Shown: in pieces, positions 9,865 to 19,899 of the stretch
Position numbering within the stretch: the stretch's first letter is position 1
Layout: every line of letters begins with the position of its first letter
Source: an uncultured bacterium
GTDB taxonomy: Bacteria; Patescibacteriota; JACMRA01
Direction: 5' to 3'
Assembly (NCBI GenBank): GCA_963704645.1
Contig: OY969926.1
Coordinates: 608,001-672,000 of the forward strand
Length of the DNA: 64,000 nt
Translations under genes and position numbers: made by a program
The notes under the pieces: generated by a model
Databases searched by the model: none
What the model saw: only the letters and a program-made list of their open reading frames with translations
What the model was told of the DNA's origin: nothing

Positions 9865-10938
9865 TTAAATCTGTTCGGCTAAATTACTTAGGTTGTTTTC
9901 AGCTTCAATACGGCGAATGTCTTCTACAATTGGTAAAAGTTTGCCGGCCATAATTGTGTCTAGTTGGGTGTAGTTTAAGTTATAGCGGTGGTCTGTTAAC
10001 CTGTCTTGTGGGAAGTTATAAGTTCGAATTTTTTCGCTTCTGTCTGCAGTTCCAACTTGTTCCTTACGTTCAGCTGATTCTTTTTCACGTCTTTTATTCT
10101 CTAGAAAATCGTATACACGACTGGTTAAAACTTGCAGGGCTTTTTCACGGTTTTGTAGCTGGTTACGTTCATCTTGGCTTTGGGCTTCCATACCTGTTGG
10201 AACGTGCTTCATGCGCACAGCAGAGTAGGTTGTGTTAACGCTTTGCCCACCGTTACCTGAACTGGTAGATAAAATAATTTCAATGTCTTTCATGTCTAGC
10301 TTAAAGCTGCTATCTTTTTCTATTAAAGGCATAATTGCCACAGAAACAGTGGAGGTGTGAATTCTACCCTGTTTTTCTGTAGCTGGAACACGTTGTACAC
10401 GGTGAACTCCACCTTCGTATTTAAACCAAGCAAAAGCCATGTCTCCTTTTACCTCGGCTATTGCTTCTTTATAGCCACCTAGTGGGTTCATACTGGTTGT
10501 AACTAACTTAAAGTTTAAACCTAAGTTAGCACTAAAAATTGAATACATTTTAATCATTTCGGCTGCGAATAAAGCACTTTCATCTCCACCAGCACCAGCT
10601 CTAATTTCTAGTAAAATATTGTTATCATCCCTTGCATCTGCCGGGCTTAGTAAAATTAAAAGCTTTTTCTCTTCTTCTAAAATTTGTTCTTCTTGTTCTG
10701 CAATTTCCATTCTAATCATTTCAGAAAGTTCGTCACCAGAATTTAATTCAGACATACTTTGCCTGTTTTGTTCTAAACTTTTTTCTAATTTATCTATTTT
10801 TTCAGCAATTTCAGCCTGATTTCCAACCCGTTTGTGCTTTTTACCAAGCTCCATCATTTGATCTGGAGTTGAAGTGGATATTTGCTGGCTAAGCTCCTGA
10901 TATCTATTTAAAATTTGCTGTATAGGCAATTTGGACAT
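9865..10938 (-). CDS. prfA: Peptide chain release factor 1
   Basis: EIRAGAGGDE, HRVQRVPATE (PxT motif), GGQ, RSEKIRTYNFPQ. Confidence 0.96.
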   Translation of the reverse strand: MSKLPIQQILNRYQELSQQISTSTPDQMMELGKKHKRVGNQAEIAEKIDKLEKSLEQNRQSMSELNSGDELSEMIRMEIAEQEEQILEEEKKLLILLSPADARDDNNILLEIRAGAGGDESALFAAEMIKMYSIFSANLGLNFKLVTTSMNPLGGYKEAIAEVKGDMAFAWFKYEGGVHRVQRVPATEKQGRIHTSTVSVAIMPLIEKDSSFKLDMKDIEIILSTSSGNGGQSVNTTYSAVRMKHVPTGMEAQSQDERNQLQNREKALQVLTSRVYDFLENKRREKESAERKEQVGTADRSEKIRTYNFPQDRLTDHRYNLNYTQLDTIMAGKLLPIVEDIRRIEAENNLSNLAEQI

Positions 10939-11233
10939 ATGTTTATTAATTTAGCCTGAAGTGGTGTAGAAAGTCAAACGTGGGTGAAAGGGTGGTGTTA
11001 AAAATAAAAAATAGACCCTGCTTTAAGGGGTGTTACGTATTTGCTAATTGCTTAAGAGTTGGAGATCTGTAATTTATTTTCATAGAAGTATCATTGTTTT
11101 TGTGTTTGAGAATACCTGCAGGTAATGTGAGGGTGCGTGAGATCGAAATTGTATCTATTGTTTAGTGGTAGAGTATTTTTGACATAACTTTTAAAATTAG
11201 TTAGATTAATTTTTAAAGTTTAACTTTTTTCAT

Positions 11234-11512
11234 ATGTCTACTTTTGTTCTTCCTGTTACAAAAAAAGGAACAGTTACTATTCCAAAGAAAATTAGAGAGT
11301 TTTTGGGTGTTTTTGCTAATGATTCTAATTCTAAAGTGATTATTGTTCTAGATGAAGATGAAAAAACTGTAAGTATAACAAAGCCAGTCATGTCTATTCA
11401 AGAGCTTACTAAATCAATAAAACCTCGCAAACCAGCCGTTCCAGAACATCTTCAGAAAATTGCTTTAGATGAAGAAAGGGCAGAGAAATATTTTAAATTT
11501 AAAGATGTATGA
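11234..11512 (+). CDS. AbrB/MazE-like antitoxin
   Basis: VTKKGTVTIPKKIRE motif; overlaps the PIN gene (ATGA). Confidence 0.85.
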   Translation: MSTFVLPVTKKGTVTIPKKIREFLGVFANDSNSKVIIVLDEDEKTVSITKPVMSIQELTKSIKPRKPAVPEHLQKIALDEERAEKYFKFKDV

Positions 11513-11922
11513 ACTTATTAGATGCTAACGTCTGCATTCGCTATCTTACTAGGGATGATGAAAGAAAGTTTCAAGATTGTGCCAAATTTTTTGAGCTAGT
11601 TCAATCTAAACAAATCTCCGTAATTTTATTGGAATCTATTTTGGCGGAAGTGGTATATGTTTTATCTTCAACAAAAATTCAATACAATTTTACTAGGTCA
11701 GAAATTAAAAGTTGCTTAAGTAGTATAATTTTACTTGATGGGTTGGAAACTTTGAACACGCCTAAAAAAGTTTATTTGGAAGCTTTAGATTTATTTGAGA
11801 AAAGTAATTTAGATTTTGAGGATTGTCTTTTAATAGCTAACTTAAATACTGTTGATGATAAAATATATAGTTACGACAGAGGAATGGACAAATTTTTGAC
11901 CAAGAGAAGGATTGAGCCTTAG
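11509..11922 (+). CDS. PIN-domain (VapC-like) toxin
   Basis: LLDANV..RYL, LAEVVYVL, DFEDCLL, YSYD. Confidence 0.88.
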   Translation: MNLLDANVCIRYLTRDDERKFQDCAKFFELVQSKQISVILLESILAEVVYVLSSTKIQYNFTRSEIKSCLSSIILLDGLETLNTPKKVYLEALDLFEKSNLDFEDCLLIANLNTVDDKIYSYDRGMDKFLTKRRIEP

Positions 11923-11924
11923 CC

Positions 11925-12767
11925 TTAGGCTCCTAAAATATAAAACAAATACCCTGCAAAACTTGTAATAGTAATTATGGTAATTATACTGTAAACTGCA
12001 ATCACTGCTTTATTGTTTTTATATAACCAGAGTAGGGGAAGATACACTAAAATTATTGTAAAAATACTGAATTTCAAAAATTCTACTTCCTGAAAGTTTA
12101 TAAAACCAAGCGGTAAAATAGCCAGTAAACCTAGAATGGCAGTCATTTGTTTTCCTAGAAAAACTGAAGTGGTAGTTTGTCCAATTTGTTCGTCAAAATC
12201 AAAATCGGCCAGTCCTGCTAGCAAGCTTGCCATAACTAAAGCCAAAATAATTCCAATTATTCTTTCTAGTGGAATGTTTTGAAGGAAAATATCTAAACTT
12301 CCAAAGCTTAGACCTAAGCCAGCAATACTTCCTAGTCCAAAAATATTACTAAAAATATCTCCAAGTGGTAATTTTTTAAGTTGTATTGGTGGGGTGGAAT
12401 AAGTCCAAGCAACAGCTATAGCAACACTCATGAAAACTAAATTGTATAAATTAAAAGTAAAAATACTTGATAATATTAATAAAATTGAGACTATTACAGA
12501 TGCAAAAATTACTGTTTTATGATTTCTTTTTGAATCCAGCTCGTCCACAAACTTATTTGCCTTTCTTGGGTTAAGTTTATCAGTTTCATAATCAAATACA
12601 TCGTTAACACCAAACACTAAAATTGGTGCCAAAAAGGTTAAAAACAAAATTTGAATCACAGCTGGTGCAGACAATATTCCATTAGATAAAATAAAACCAA
12701 GAGAAAAAATTATTGGTGGAACAACTAATAAAATTGGGCGGTAGATGTTTAGAAAAGCAGAGAACAT
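11925..12767 (-). CDS. UbiA-family prenyltransferase (copy 1)
   Basis: GVNDVFDYETDKLNPRK, YSTPPIQLK, ADFDFDEQIG; multi-TM. Confidence 0.88.
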   Translation of the reverse strand: MFSAFLNIYRPILLVVPPIIFSLGFILSNGILSAPAVIQILFLTFLAPILVFGVNDVFDYETDKLNPRKANKFVDELDSKRNHKTVIFASVIVSILLILSSIFTFNLYNLVFMSVAIAVAWTYSTPPIQLKKLPLGDIFSNIFGLGSIAGLGLSFGSLDIFLQNIPLERIIGIILALVMASLLAGLADFDFDEQIGQTTTSVFLGKQMTAILGLLAILPLGFINFQEVEFLKFSIFTIILVYLPLLWLYKNNKAVIAVYSIITIITITSFAGYLFYILGA

Positions 12768-13649
12768 TTAGAACTTAAATACTGTGGCTAAAAATATGGC
12801 TATACCTCCAAAAGAAGCTAAGCTGTACAGTGTAATTTTAATCATATTCTGGGTAGGCTTCCACTTTAAATAAATAATTAAAACCACCGAAAAAATTAAA
12901 TATAATAAGCTGACTAAACTAACAAAAGGCCTTAAAATTAAAACTATTAAATAACAAATTAATACTAAATTCAAAGTAAACTTTTCTCCATACTTAGTTG
13001 CAATAGTTTTTTGTTTAGCCTTTAAATCTGAGGCGTAATCTGCTAAAAAGGCTAGGCTACCAAGGGCAATAATTAATAAACTTAAAACCCATGGTTTAAT
13101 TCCTGCCTGTAATGTAGAATAAAACATTGTAAATCCCATAAAGTAGGCACCTAGAAACCCAAAACCATAAGCTGACAAACTTAAAAGTGGTCTTTCTTTC
13201 AATCTTACTGGTGGTAGCGAATAAATTAATCCAAATAATAAACCAATACTAGCCCAAATAATATTTTCTAATTTCAAAGTGCTTATAGCAATAGCTAAAA
13301 CAATAACAAAACCTAATACAGCCCCAATTATTGCCTTTTTAATGTCTTTATTTTGAAGTGGTTTGCCAAGCCAAAAACTATTTTTTCTGGGGTTGTTTAA
13401 ATCTGTTTCCTGGTCAAATATATCGTTTAAACTGTTCAAATAAAGTTCCAAAGGAAAACTTAAAGCAAAAACTTGTAACCAAATTTGTAAATTGTAATAA
13501 CCTCTGGCGTCAGATAAGCCAAGTAAAAAAATTAAAGGCAAAATTGGCCAGTGTGCAGGCCTGCTAATTTGAATGTAAAACCAAATTAAATTTACTGTAT
13601 TTTTAAATAGTGTTAAAATGGCTTTCATAGTATTGGTTTTACTTACCAA
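12768..13649 (-). CDS. UbiA-family prenyltransferase (copy 2)
   Basis: SRP..W, LNDIFDQETDLNNPRK, YSLPPVRLKERP, ADYASDLKA. Confidence 0.88.
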   Translation of the reverse strand: MVSKTNTMKAILTLFKNTVNLIWFYIQISRPAHWPILPLIFLLGLSDARGYYNLQIWLQVFALSFPLELYLNSLNDIFDQETDLNNPRKNSFWLGKPLQNKDIKKAIIGAVLGFVIVLAIAISTLKLENIIWASIGLLFGLIYSLPPVRLKERPLLSLSAYGFGFLGAYFMGFTMFYSTLQAGIKPWVLSLLIIALGSLAFLADYASDLKAKQKTIATKYGEKFTLNLVLICYLIVLILRPFVSLVSLLYLIFSVVLIIYLKWKPTQNMIKITLYSLASFGGIAIFLATVFKF

Positions 13650-14298
13650 ACTTACGCTCTTGATTTTTGTAAAACTCTAGGGCTTTTTGTAATTCTGTTT
13701 CATTGAAGTCGGGCCACAAGGTGTCTGTAAAATAAAGCTCAGTGTATGCCGATTGCCACAATAAAAAGTTAGAAAGTCTTTTGTGCCCACCAGGTCTAAT
13801 TATTAAATCTGGTTCCAAATTAGAATCTAAATTTTTGGCAATATTTTCCTCAGTTATGCTTTCGCCATTGTCTAAGGTTTTTTGAACAGATCTAATAATT
13901 TCGCTTCTACTTCCATAATTTATACAAAGTTGTAGCAAGCTTTGGGAACAGTTATTAGTTGCGTCAACCAAGGAAGATAGCGAACTTTTTAATTTATCTG
14001 GAATCTTATTCAACTCACCTAAAACTTTAACTTTAACGTTTTTTCCAACAAGCTTCTCTTTGTAATCTATCGCTGCAGAGCTAATTATATTAACTAAATT
14101 ATCTATTTCTAAACCAGTTCTTTTGGCAAAGTTTTCTGTAGATAAGGCGTAAACAGTAATTGTATCAATATTGTATTTGGGGCAAATTTCTAATAAATTA
14201 TCTAGTGTGTTTACGCCATTTTTATGGCCAAACAAAGTTTCTAAAGCATGAGCCTTAGCCCATCTTCTGTTGCCATCCATAATTATTCCAAGGTGCAT
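13639..14298 (-). CDS. uppS: Undecaprenyl diphosphate synthase (cis-prenyltransferase)
   Basis: HLGIIMDGNRRWA, YALSTEN, RLSNFLLWQSAYTEL, LWPDF. Confidence 0.95.
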   Translation of the reverse strand: MHLGIIMDGNRRWAKAHALETLFGHKNGVNTLDNLLEICPKYNIDTITVYALSTENFAKRTGLEIDNLVNIISSAAIDYKEKLVGKNVKVKVLGELNKIPDKLKSSLSSLVDATNNCSQSLLQLCINYGSRSEIIRSVQKTLDNGESITEENIAKNLDSNLEPDLIIRPGGHKRLSNFLLWQSAYTELYFTDTLWPDFNETELQKALEFYKNQERKFGK

Positions 14299-14327
14299 GT
14301 TAATTATTTTTTATTATCATTGTGGAA

Positions 14328-14888
14328 CTATTTTTCGCGCTCTACGTATTCATCTTCTACAGTGTTAATTATTACTTTTTCACCTGCTTCAATAAAAGCT
14401 GGAACGCGCACAACTTTTCCTGTTTCAATTGTGGCTTCTTTCATAATGCTTGAAACTGTATTACCTTTTACGGCTGGAGCAGTTGAAGTGACTAAATAAG
14501 AAATTTTAACTGGTAAATCTATACTTATAGGGTTTTCATTGAAATATAAAATAATAACTTCTAAACCTTCTTTTAAATATTCAGCTTTTTCATCTAATAA
14601 ACTTTTTGGAAGATCAATAGTTTCATAACTGGCAGACAGCATAAAAGTCATATTTTCACCTGTAATGTACATGAAACTTGCTGGCTCTCTTTTTAGTTCG
14701 GCTTCTTCTATAGATTCGCCGCTTTTAAAGGAATACTCCTGATTTGCTCCGGTAATAATGTTTTTCATGTTACACTTTTTTACTGGTTTTCTTTGCTGCA
14801 TTCTAAGAAAGTCGCACTTAGTAATTATTGAAGGGGCATTGTTGAATACAACCACGCTACCAAGTTTAATCTGAGAAAAGTCTAACAT
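14328..14888 (-). CDS. efp: Elongation factor P (start probably ATG 14888)
   Basis: VKGNTVS..MKEATIETG..V.VPAFIE.GE; upstream TTGTCA/TAAAAT promoter. Confidence 0.93.
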   Translation of the reverse strand: MLDFSQIKLGSVVVFNNAPSIITKCDFLRMQQRKPVKKCNMKNIITGANQEYSFKSGESIEEAELKREPASFMYITGENMTFMLSASYETIDLPKSLLDEKAEYLKEGLEVIILYFNENPISIDLPVKISYLVTSTAPAVKGNTVSSIMKEATIETGKVVRVPAFIEAGEKVIINTVEDEYVEREK

Positions 14889-14961
14889 AAAATATATTTT
14901 AAACCAATTGTTGCTGGTTTGACAAGCCAAAAATAGGTGGGTATTCCGATTTAGTCAAGCT

Positions 14962-15345
14962 ATGAACACAGTGGAATATACTTTAGCTATTCAAAAACTT
15001 TTTGCGGTTTTAGCTGGTTTAAGTTTTGTGGCTATTTCAGCAATTTTAGTTTTCTTAGATCCTACAATAAATAATTTGTATGTTTGGGGTTTGTTGTTAT
15101 CGGCGCTAATTTTTCTAACAAGCTTTTTATCATTGTTTGCTTTTTGGTGGTTTTTTTCAGTGAAGAAAGAGATTTTAAGTATCGTTCAAGTTAACCATTT
15201 AATTTACCAAAGTTTAGTTTCAAGCTGCATACCAATACTTTTGATAGTGATGAATCAAACTGGCCAGCTAAATTTTTGGAGTGTAGTGTTGGTTTTCGTG
15301 GCTTACATTATATATTTTTTGTGGGCTAACTCAGAGCTTTCCTAA
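14962..15345 (+). CDS. Small 4-TM membrane protein
   Basis: Four hydrophobic segments. Confidence 0.7.
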   Translation: MNTVEYTLAIQKLFAVLAGLSFVAISAILVFLDPTINNLYVWGLLLSALIFLTSFLSLFAFWWFFSVKKEILSIVQVNHLIYQSLVSSCIPILLIVMNQTGQLNFWSVVLVFVAYIIYFLWANSELS

Positions 15346-15378
15346 AACTTAATCTTCTACTATAATTTAATGTAATAT

Positions 15379-16077
15379 ATGGATCCAAACGCCAACTTGT
15401 ACCAAAGCCAGTATAGTAACTATCAAAGTGCCAACCAAAGCAGTGGTAATTTACTAGATCAAATTAGATATTCTAAAAGGTTGAATGGCCTAGAAATAAT
15501 TACAATTTTAACATCGGTTATTTTGTTAATAATAGTTTTCGTTTTTGGTTTTGTTAACGGTCAACAAAGCAATGAAGATGCTCAGCGACTGGCCCATATC
15601 AGGCAAGTAACCTCAGCACTAACAGAGTTTTATAACAATAGTAGTGCAGTGCCAAGCCAAAGAAGCTACCCAATTGCTTTATGTTCAGCAGACGCAAATG
15701 AAGTAGATTTTGAGCTTACTTTAAGGTTGTCTTTAACAGGTCAAATTAAAGAAAAAGATATTCATGCTTATATTCAACCTGATAATTTTCCTACAGATCC
15801 AAGCGGAGTTTACAGTAAATCTTTAGGCAAAAGAACTGTACCATACAGATGTCCTTCAATTCTGCCTGCAAGTGCAACTTCAAACCAAAGTAGTAATATA
15901 TATTCAGACGGATGGGATAGCTGTAATTTTAATAAAACAAGAAATCCAAAGTGCTATTTATATGCTAGCAGCAATAATGGTGACACTTTTACTGTTGGTT
16001 ATTACAGCCAACTTAATAACAAATTTGTTTTATTTACAAAGTTTAGAGATCAGGAACCTGTAAGAAGTTTGTCTTAA
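15379..16077 (+). CDS. Type IV pilin/GspG-like protein with a non-canonical cleavage site
   Basis: KRLNGLEII + TM + DAQRLAHIRQVTSALTEFYN...YP; several Cys in the C-terminal half. Confidence 0.65.
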   Translation: MDPNANLYQSQYSNYQSANQSSGNLLDQIRYSKRLNGLEIITILTSVILLIIVFVFGFVNGQQSNEDAQRLAHIRQVTSALTEFYNNSSAVPSQRSYPIALCSADANEVDFELTLRLSLTGQIKEKDIHAYIQPDNFPTDPSGVYSKSLGKRTVPYRCPSILPASATSNQSSNIYSDGWDSCNFNKTRNPKCYLYASSNNGDTFTVGYYSQLNNKFVLFTKFRDQEPVRSLS

Positions 16078-16289
16078 GTTTTGAATTTTTTTTGTTGATT
16101 AAGCTTTAGAATAGGCTGTTTGTTTTCTCAATAAATATTTATGATTTAATAATTAAATCGGGGATACTAACTTTTACGAAAAAATTTTTGGATTGTGTCG
16201 CAACATTAAAAACCTATAATTACTGTTGTTTTGACGAATATAGAATACTAGCTCATAATTAAAAAGGTTTTCTAATTTAGAACAAATTT

Positions 16290-16952
16290 ATGCAGGTACA
16301 GTTACAAAAAATATTTTCTAAAGATCATATAATTAAAAAATGTGTAGGTTTAGTCATGGTGATCTTAACAATTTTTATTGGATATAATTATGTTGTACAT
16401 TTGTCCTTGCAAAATTCTCTAAAAGTTCAATTAATTTCAGGCGCCGGGTCAATTATTACACCAACTGGAGGTCAAACAATTCTCAGTCAGGATGAAAGTC
16501 ATTTGTTTAAAAAGAATGATACTCTTTCCACCGAAGATAACTCTATAGCTTTAGTTATATTTAATAATGGCAAAATTCAAACCTTTTCTGGTTCGATAAA
16601 TTTAGTTTTTGAAGATGCAGTGAAAGAAGATAATGCAATTAAATATTCATTTCAGAATAAAGCTAGCGGGGAAAAATTATTCTACACTCAAAACTACGGA
16701 TTAACAGAATCTACAGCTACAGTGTTAGGATTTTTAAGTAATTCAAACAATAATAATTCAAAAAATAAAATTGGTAATGTTTTAGGTGCTTCTGAAACTT
16801 CAGCTCTTTCAGACAGTGAAAAGCAAGAAAAATTTAATAAATTACATCAATGTTTAGATTTAAGTAAAGATAAACAAGACTTTAATTACTCAAAGCAATT
16901 AAGCACTTGCTTAACAGAATTAGGGCTTAAAAATTTAAATCAACTAAAATAG
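16290..16952 (+). CDS. Membrane-anchored FecR-like domain protein
   Basis: N-terminal TM, 'NDTLSTEDNSIALVIFNNG' FecR-like motif; abuts the CHASE2 cyclase. Confidence 0.5.
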   Translation: MQVQLQKIFSKDHIIKKCVGLVMVILTIFIGYNYVVHLSLQNSLKVQLISGAGSIITPTGGQTILSQDESHLFKKNDTLSTEDNSIALVIFNNGKIQTFSGSINLVFEDAVKEDNAIKYSFQNKASGEKLFYTQNYGLTESTATVLGFLSNSNNNNSKNKIGNVLGASETSALSDSEKQEKFNKLHQCLDLSKDKQDFNYSKQLSTCLTELGLKNLNQLK

Positions 16953-18851
16953 ATGTTCTTAAATATAAAAAGGGATATGCCTAAAAATTATAAGTTCGCT
17001 GGTGTATATATAGTTTTAGTAATTCTAATTTATTCTATTTTAGGCCTTGTCTTTTTTGAAAGAAATAATAGGCATAAGTTAATGCCAACTATACCAACCT
17101 CAAGCAATATTGTGGTAGTAGCTATAGACGAAAAAAGTTTAGAAAAATATGGAAACTGGCCATGGCAAAGAGACACAATTGCAGAATCGATTCAATTAAT
17201 TTTAGATTATAATCCAGAAGTTTTAGGCGTAGATATTCTATTTCAAAAAAATGGTTATAATTCTGAAAAATTAAATAAGGTTCTGCAAGACCCTAAAGTA
17301 GTAGTTGCTGAGCAAATTTCTTTAACCAACGATAGTTTAATTACAAGCTCTGAAAATTTAGGAGGTCGCACTGGCTATATAAATTTTCCTGTAGATTCTG
17401 ATGGTGTAGTAAGGCAGGCAGTTACTAAAAATAATAATAATATTAGTTTATCCAGAAAGGTTTATGGTAATGACCCGGTGCCAGATACTTTCTTGCTTAA
17501 TCCAAATAGCAATTTATCCCAAACAATTTCCCTGACAGACTTAAGTGATAAACCAGATCTAGGTAAATTTTTAAGTGGCAAAAAAGTACTTCTAGGTTCT
17601 ACTGTGTTAGCTTTAGGTGATGCACACACCCTCCCAAAATATGGTTCTGTGCCCGGAATCTTTATTCATGCTATTGCTTTAAATCAAATGCTGATTGGTA
17701 ATTATCCAGTTTCACCTAAATTTAATAATTTAGAAGAATTTACAGTCATTATTGCTTTGGCTTTGGTTTTGGCTTATAAAGATATTTTCACGAAATATAA
17801 TAATTTTATTCTTTGCATTATTTTATGCATTATTTTTGTAGGAATTACAATTTGGCTAAATACTAGCCCATTGTTTAGCCTAGAGTTTTTAGTCTCCAAT
17901 ATATTCTCCTTAACTTTTTCAAGTATTATTTTATATACTTTAGAAAATTATAGAGAAAGGAACAAGCTTCAAAAAACCTTAGGTCTTTATGTTCCAGATA
18001 AAGTTTTGCAAATGATTTATAAAAACCCTAATATTATTAATCTTGGTGGCGAGCTGAAGAATATTACACTGCTTTTTACAGACATTAGAAATTTTACTAA
18101 AATGACTGAAAAGTTTGGTAAAACTACTGAATTTGGTATATTTCTAAATAAAATTTTAGATTTACAAACTGTGATAATACAAAAAAATGAAGGTGTAATA
18201 GACAAATTTATTGGTGACGCTGTTATGGCTTTTTGGGGAGCTCCTGTTTCTACCAATCAAGACGCTTTTTTAGCTATTCAAAGCGCTTGTCAAATTACTT
18301 TAGGCTTGCAGAAATTTAATTTAGAAAACAATTCAGATTTAAAAATTGGCATTGGGGTTAGTTCTGGACAGGCTATTGTAGGTAATTTCGGCTCTAGTAA
18401 AAGGTTTAATTACACTGCTATAGGTGATAGCGTTAACACAACGGCCAGACTTGAAAGTTTAAATAAAATATACGGAACAGAAATTCTAATAGGAAAGCCA
18501 GCAATAGATGCATTAAGCGAGGAACAGAAAAGACATTTTAAGTTTATTGAAATAGATACTGTTTGCCCCAAAGGTAAAGATAATAGTGTAGTTTTATATC
18601 AAGTATTGGCTTTTAAAACTAGTTTAAATATGGATTGGGTTAATTTACACACTAATATTAGTTTTGAAGAAGATTATAAAATGGCTTTAAATCTTTACTA
18701 TAAGGGGGAATTCATTAAAGCCAAAACAATTTTTGATAGCATTAATTTTAGTGTTGCCAAGTTACTTTCTGAAAGATGTACTTTTTTACTTTCCCAGTCT
18801 GAAGAATTTAGAAAAGAGTGGAATGGAATTTGGATTCATGGAAAAAAATAG
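16953..18851 (+). CDS. CHASE2-domain class III adenylate/guanylate cyclase
   Basis: IDEKSL..YGNWPWQR (CHASE2), 3 TM, LFTDIRNFT, DKFIGDAVMA, YTAIGDSVN..ARLE. Confidence 0.93.
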   Translation: MFLNIKRDMPKNYKFAGVYIVLVILIYSILGLVFFERNNRHKLMPTIPTSSNIVVVAIDEKSLEKYGNWPWQRDTIAESIQLILDYNPEVLGVDILFQKNGYNSEKLNKVLQDPKVVVAEQISLTNDSLITSSENLGGRTGYINFPVDSDGVVRQAVTKNNNNISLSRKVYGNDPVPDTFLLNPNSNLSQTISLTDLSDKPDLGKFLSGKKVLLGSTVLALGDAHTLPKYGSVPGIFIHAIALNQMLIGNYPVSPKFNNLEEFTVIIALALVLAYKDIFTKYNNFILCIILCIIFVGITIWLNTSPLFSLEFLVSNIFSLTFSSIILYTLENYRERNKLQKTLGLYVPDKVLQMIYKNPNIINLGGELKNITLLFTDIRNFTKMTEKFGKTTEFGIFLNKILDLQTVIIQKNEGVIDKFIGDAVMAFWGAPVSTNQDAFLAIQSACQITLGLQKFNLENNSDLKIGIGVSSGQAIVGNFGSSKRFNYTAIGDSVNTTARLESLNKIYGTEILIGKPAIDALSEEQKRHFKFIEIDTVCPKGKDNSVVLYQVLAFKTSLNMDWVNLHTNISFEEDYKMALNLYYKGEFIKAKTIFDSINFSVAKLLSERCTFLLSQSEEFRKEWNGIWIHGKK

Positions 18852-19037
18852 TTTTTACAATCAAATTCTACTCAGTGTACTGAGTTACGACAAGCATTTC
18901 TTAATTCAATGTATGTGTCAGAAGCTGTAATCTGGAAGGTACTTTTGAAGAAATAATTGGTGTTAACTATCATTTCTTTTCTCACCGTATCTACCAAAAT
19001 GTAACCCCCCCATCCTCTCTGTCTTAGTGTTTTAATT

Positions 19038-19068
19038 CACTTAGACCCTGAAACAAGTTAAGGGTGAC
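19038..19068 (+). repeat. REP-like palindrome, family A, copy 2
   Basis: cacttagaccctgaaacaagttaagggtgac. Confidence 0.85.
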
Positions 19069-19127
19069 AGCTCTTACTAAAGCGCTCGGTGCATTCCCAA
19101 ATAACTACTCAAACCTCATTCCAAATA

Positions 19128-19814
19128 CTAGATATAATACATTCCAATTGGTTGGTCTAAAGCTACTTTTCCTTTTTGCAAAGTTATAACTCTTTTTTTC
19201 AGTTTATCTACTACATCTTGGTCGTGGGTAACAAGTAAAACTGTCGTTCCAGAATTGTTAATTTTTAACAACAATGTCATTATTTCATAACTATTTGGCT
19301 TGTCTAAATTACCTGTTGGCTCGTCTGCAATTAATAAAATTGGGTTGTGGCTTAATGCTCGGGCAATAGATACTCTTTGTCTTTCTCCTCCACTTAATTC
19401 TTTAGGATAATTACCAGATTTATGTGCAATTCCAACCAATTCTAGCAACTTTGGCACATCTCTTGCAATCTCCATTTTGGTAGCTCCAGCAACTTCCATA
19501 GCCAAGCTTACATTTTCAAAAACTGTTCTAGTGTTTAACAATTTGTAATCTTGAAAAATTACCCCAATTCTTCTTCTTAAATATGGTAAAAATTCTGGTT
19601 TAACTCTATCTACTCTAATGTCTTCAATCCAAACTTCACCACCTTTTTCTGGTTTTTCTTCACCTGTTAACATTCTAATTAAAGTGCTTTTTCCAGCTCC
19701 AGACTGTCCTACTAAAGATACAAATTCCCCAGATTTAATTTCTAAATTAACATTTTCCAAAGAAGGGTCTTGTTTGTTTGAATATTTTTTATTAACTTTT
19801 ACAAAGCGGATCAC
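19128..19814 (-). CDS. ftsE: Cell division ABC ATPase FtsE
   Basis: [40 protein letters not shown]. Confidence 0.88.
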   Translation of the reverse strand: MIRFVKVNKKYSNKQDPSLENVNLEIKSGEFVSLVGQSGAGKSTLIRMLTGEEKPEKGGEVWIEDIRVDRVKPEFLPYLRRRIGVIFQDYKLLNTRTVFENVSLAMEVAGATKMEIARDVPKLLELVGIAHKSGNYPKELSGGERQRVSIARALSHNPILLIADEPTGNLDKPNSYEIMTLLLKINNSGTTVLLVTHDQDVVDKLKKRVITLQKGKVALDQPIGMYYI

Positions 19815-19899
19815 AATCTAAACTTAAAATAAGCCAAAGTACTTGTCAACAATTCGTAATTTAATTTTTCTCCGCTTATTATAAATAATTTACACCCAT

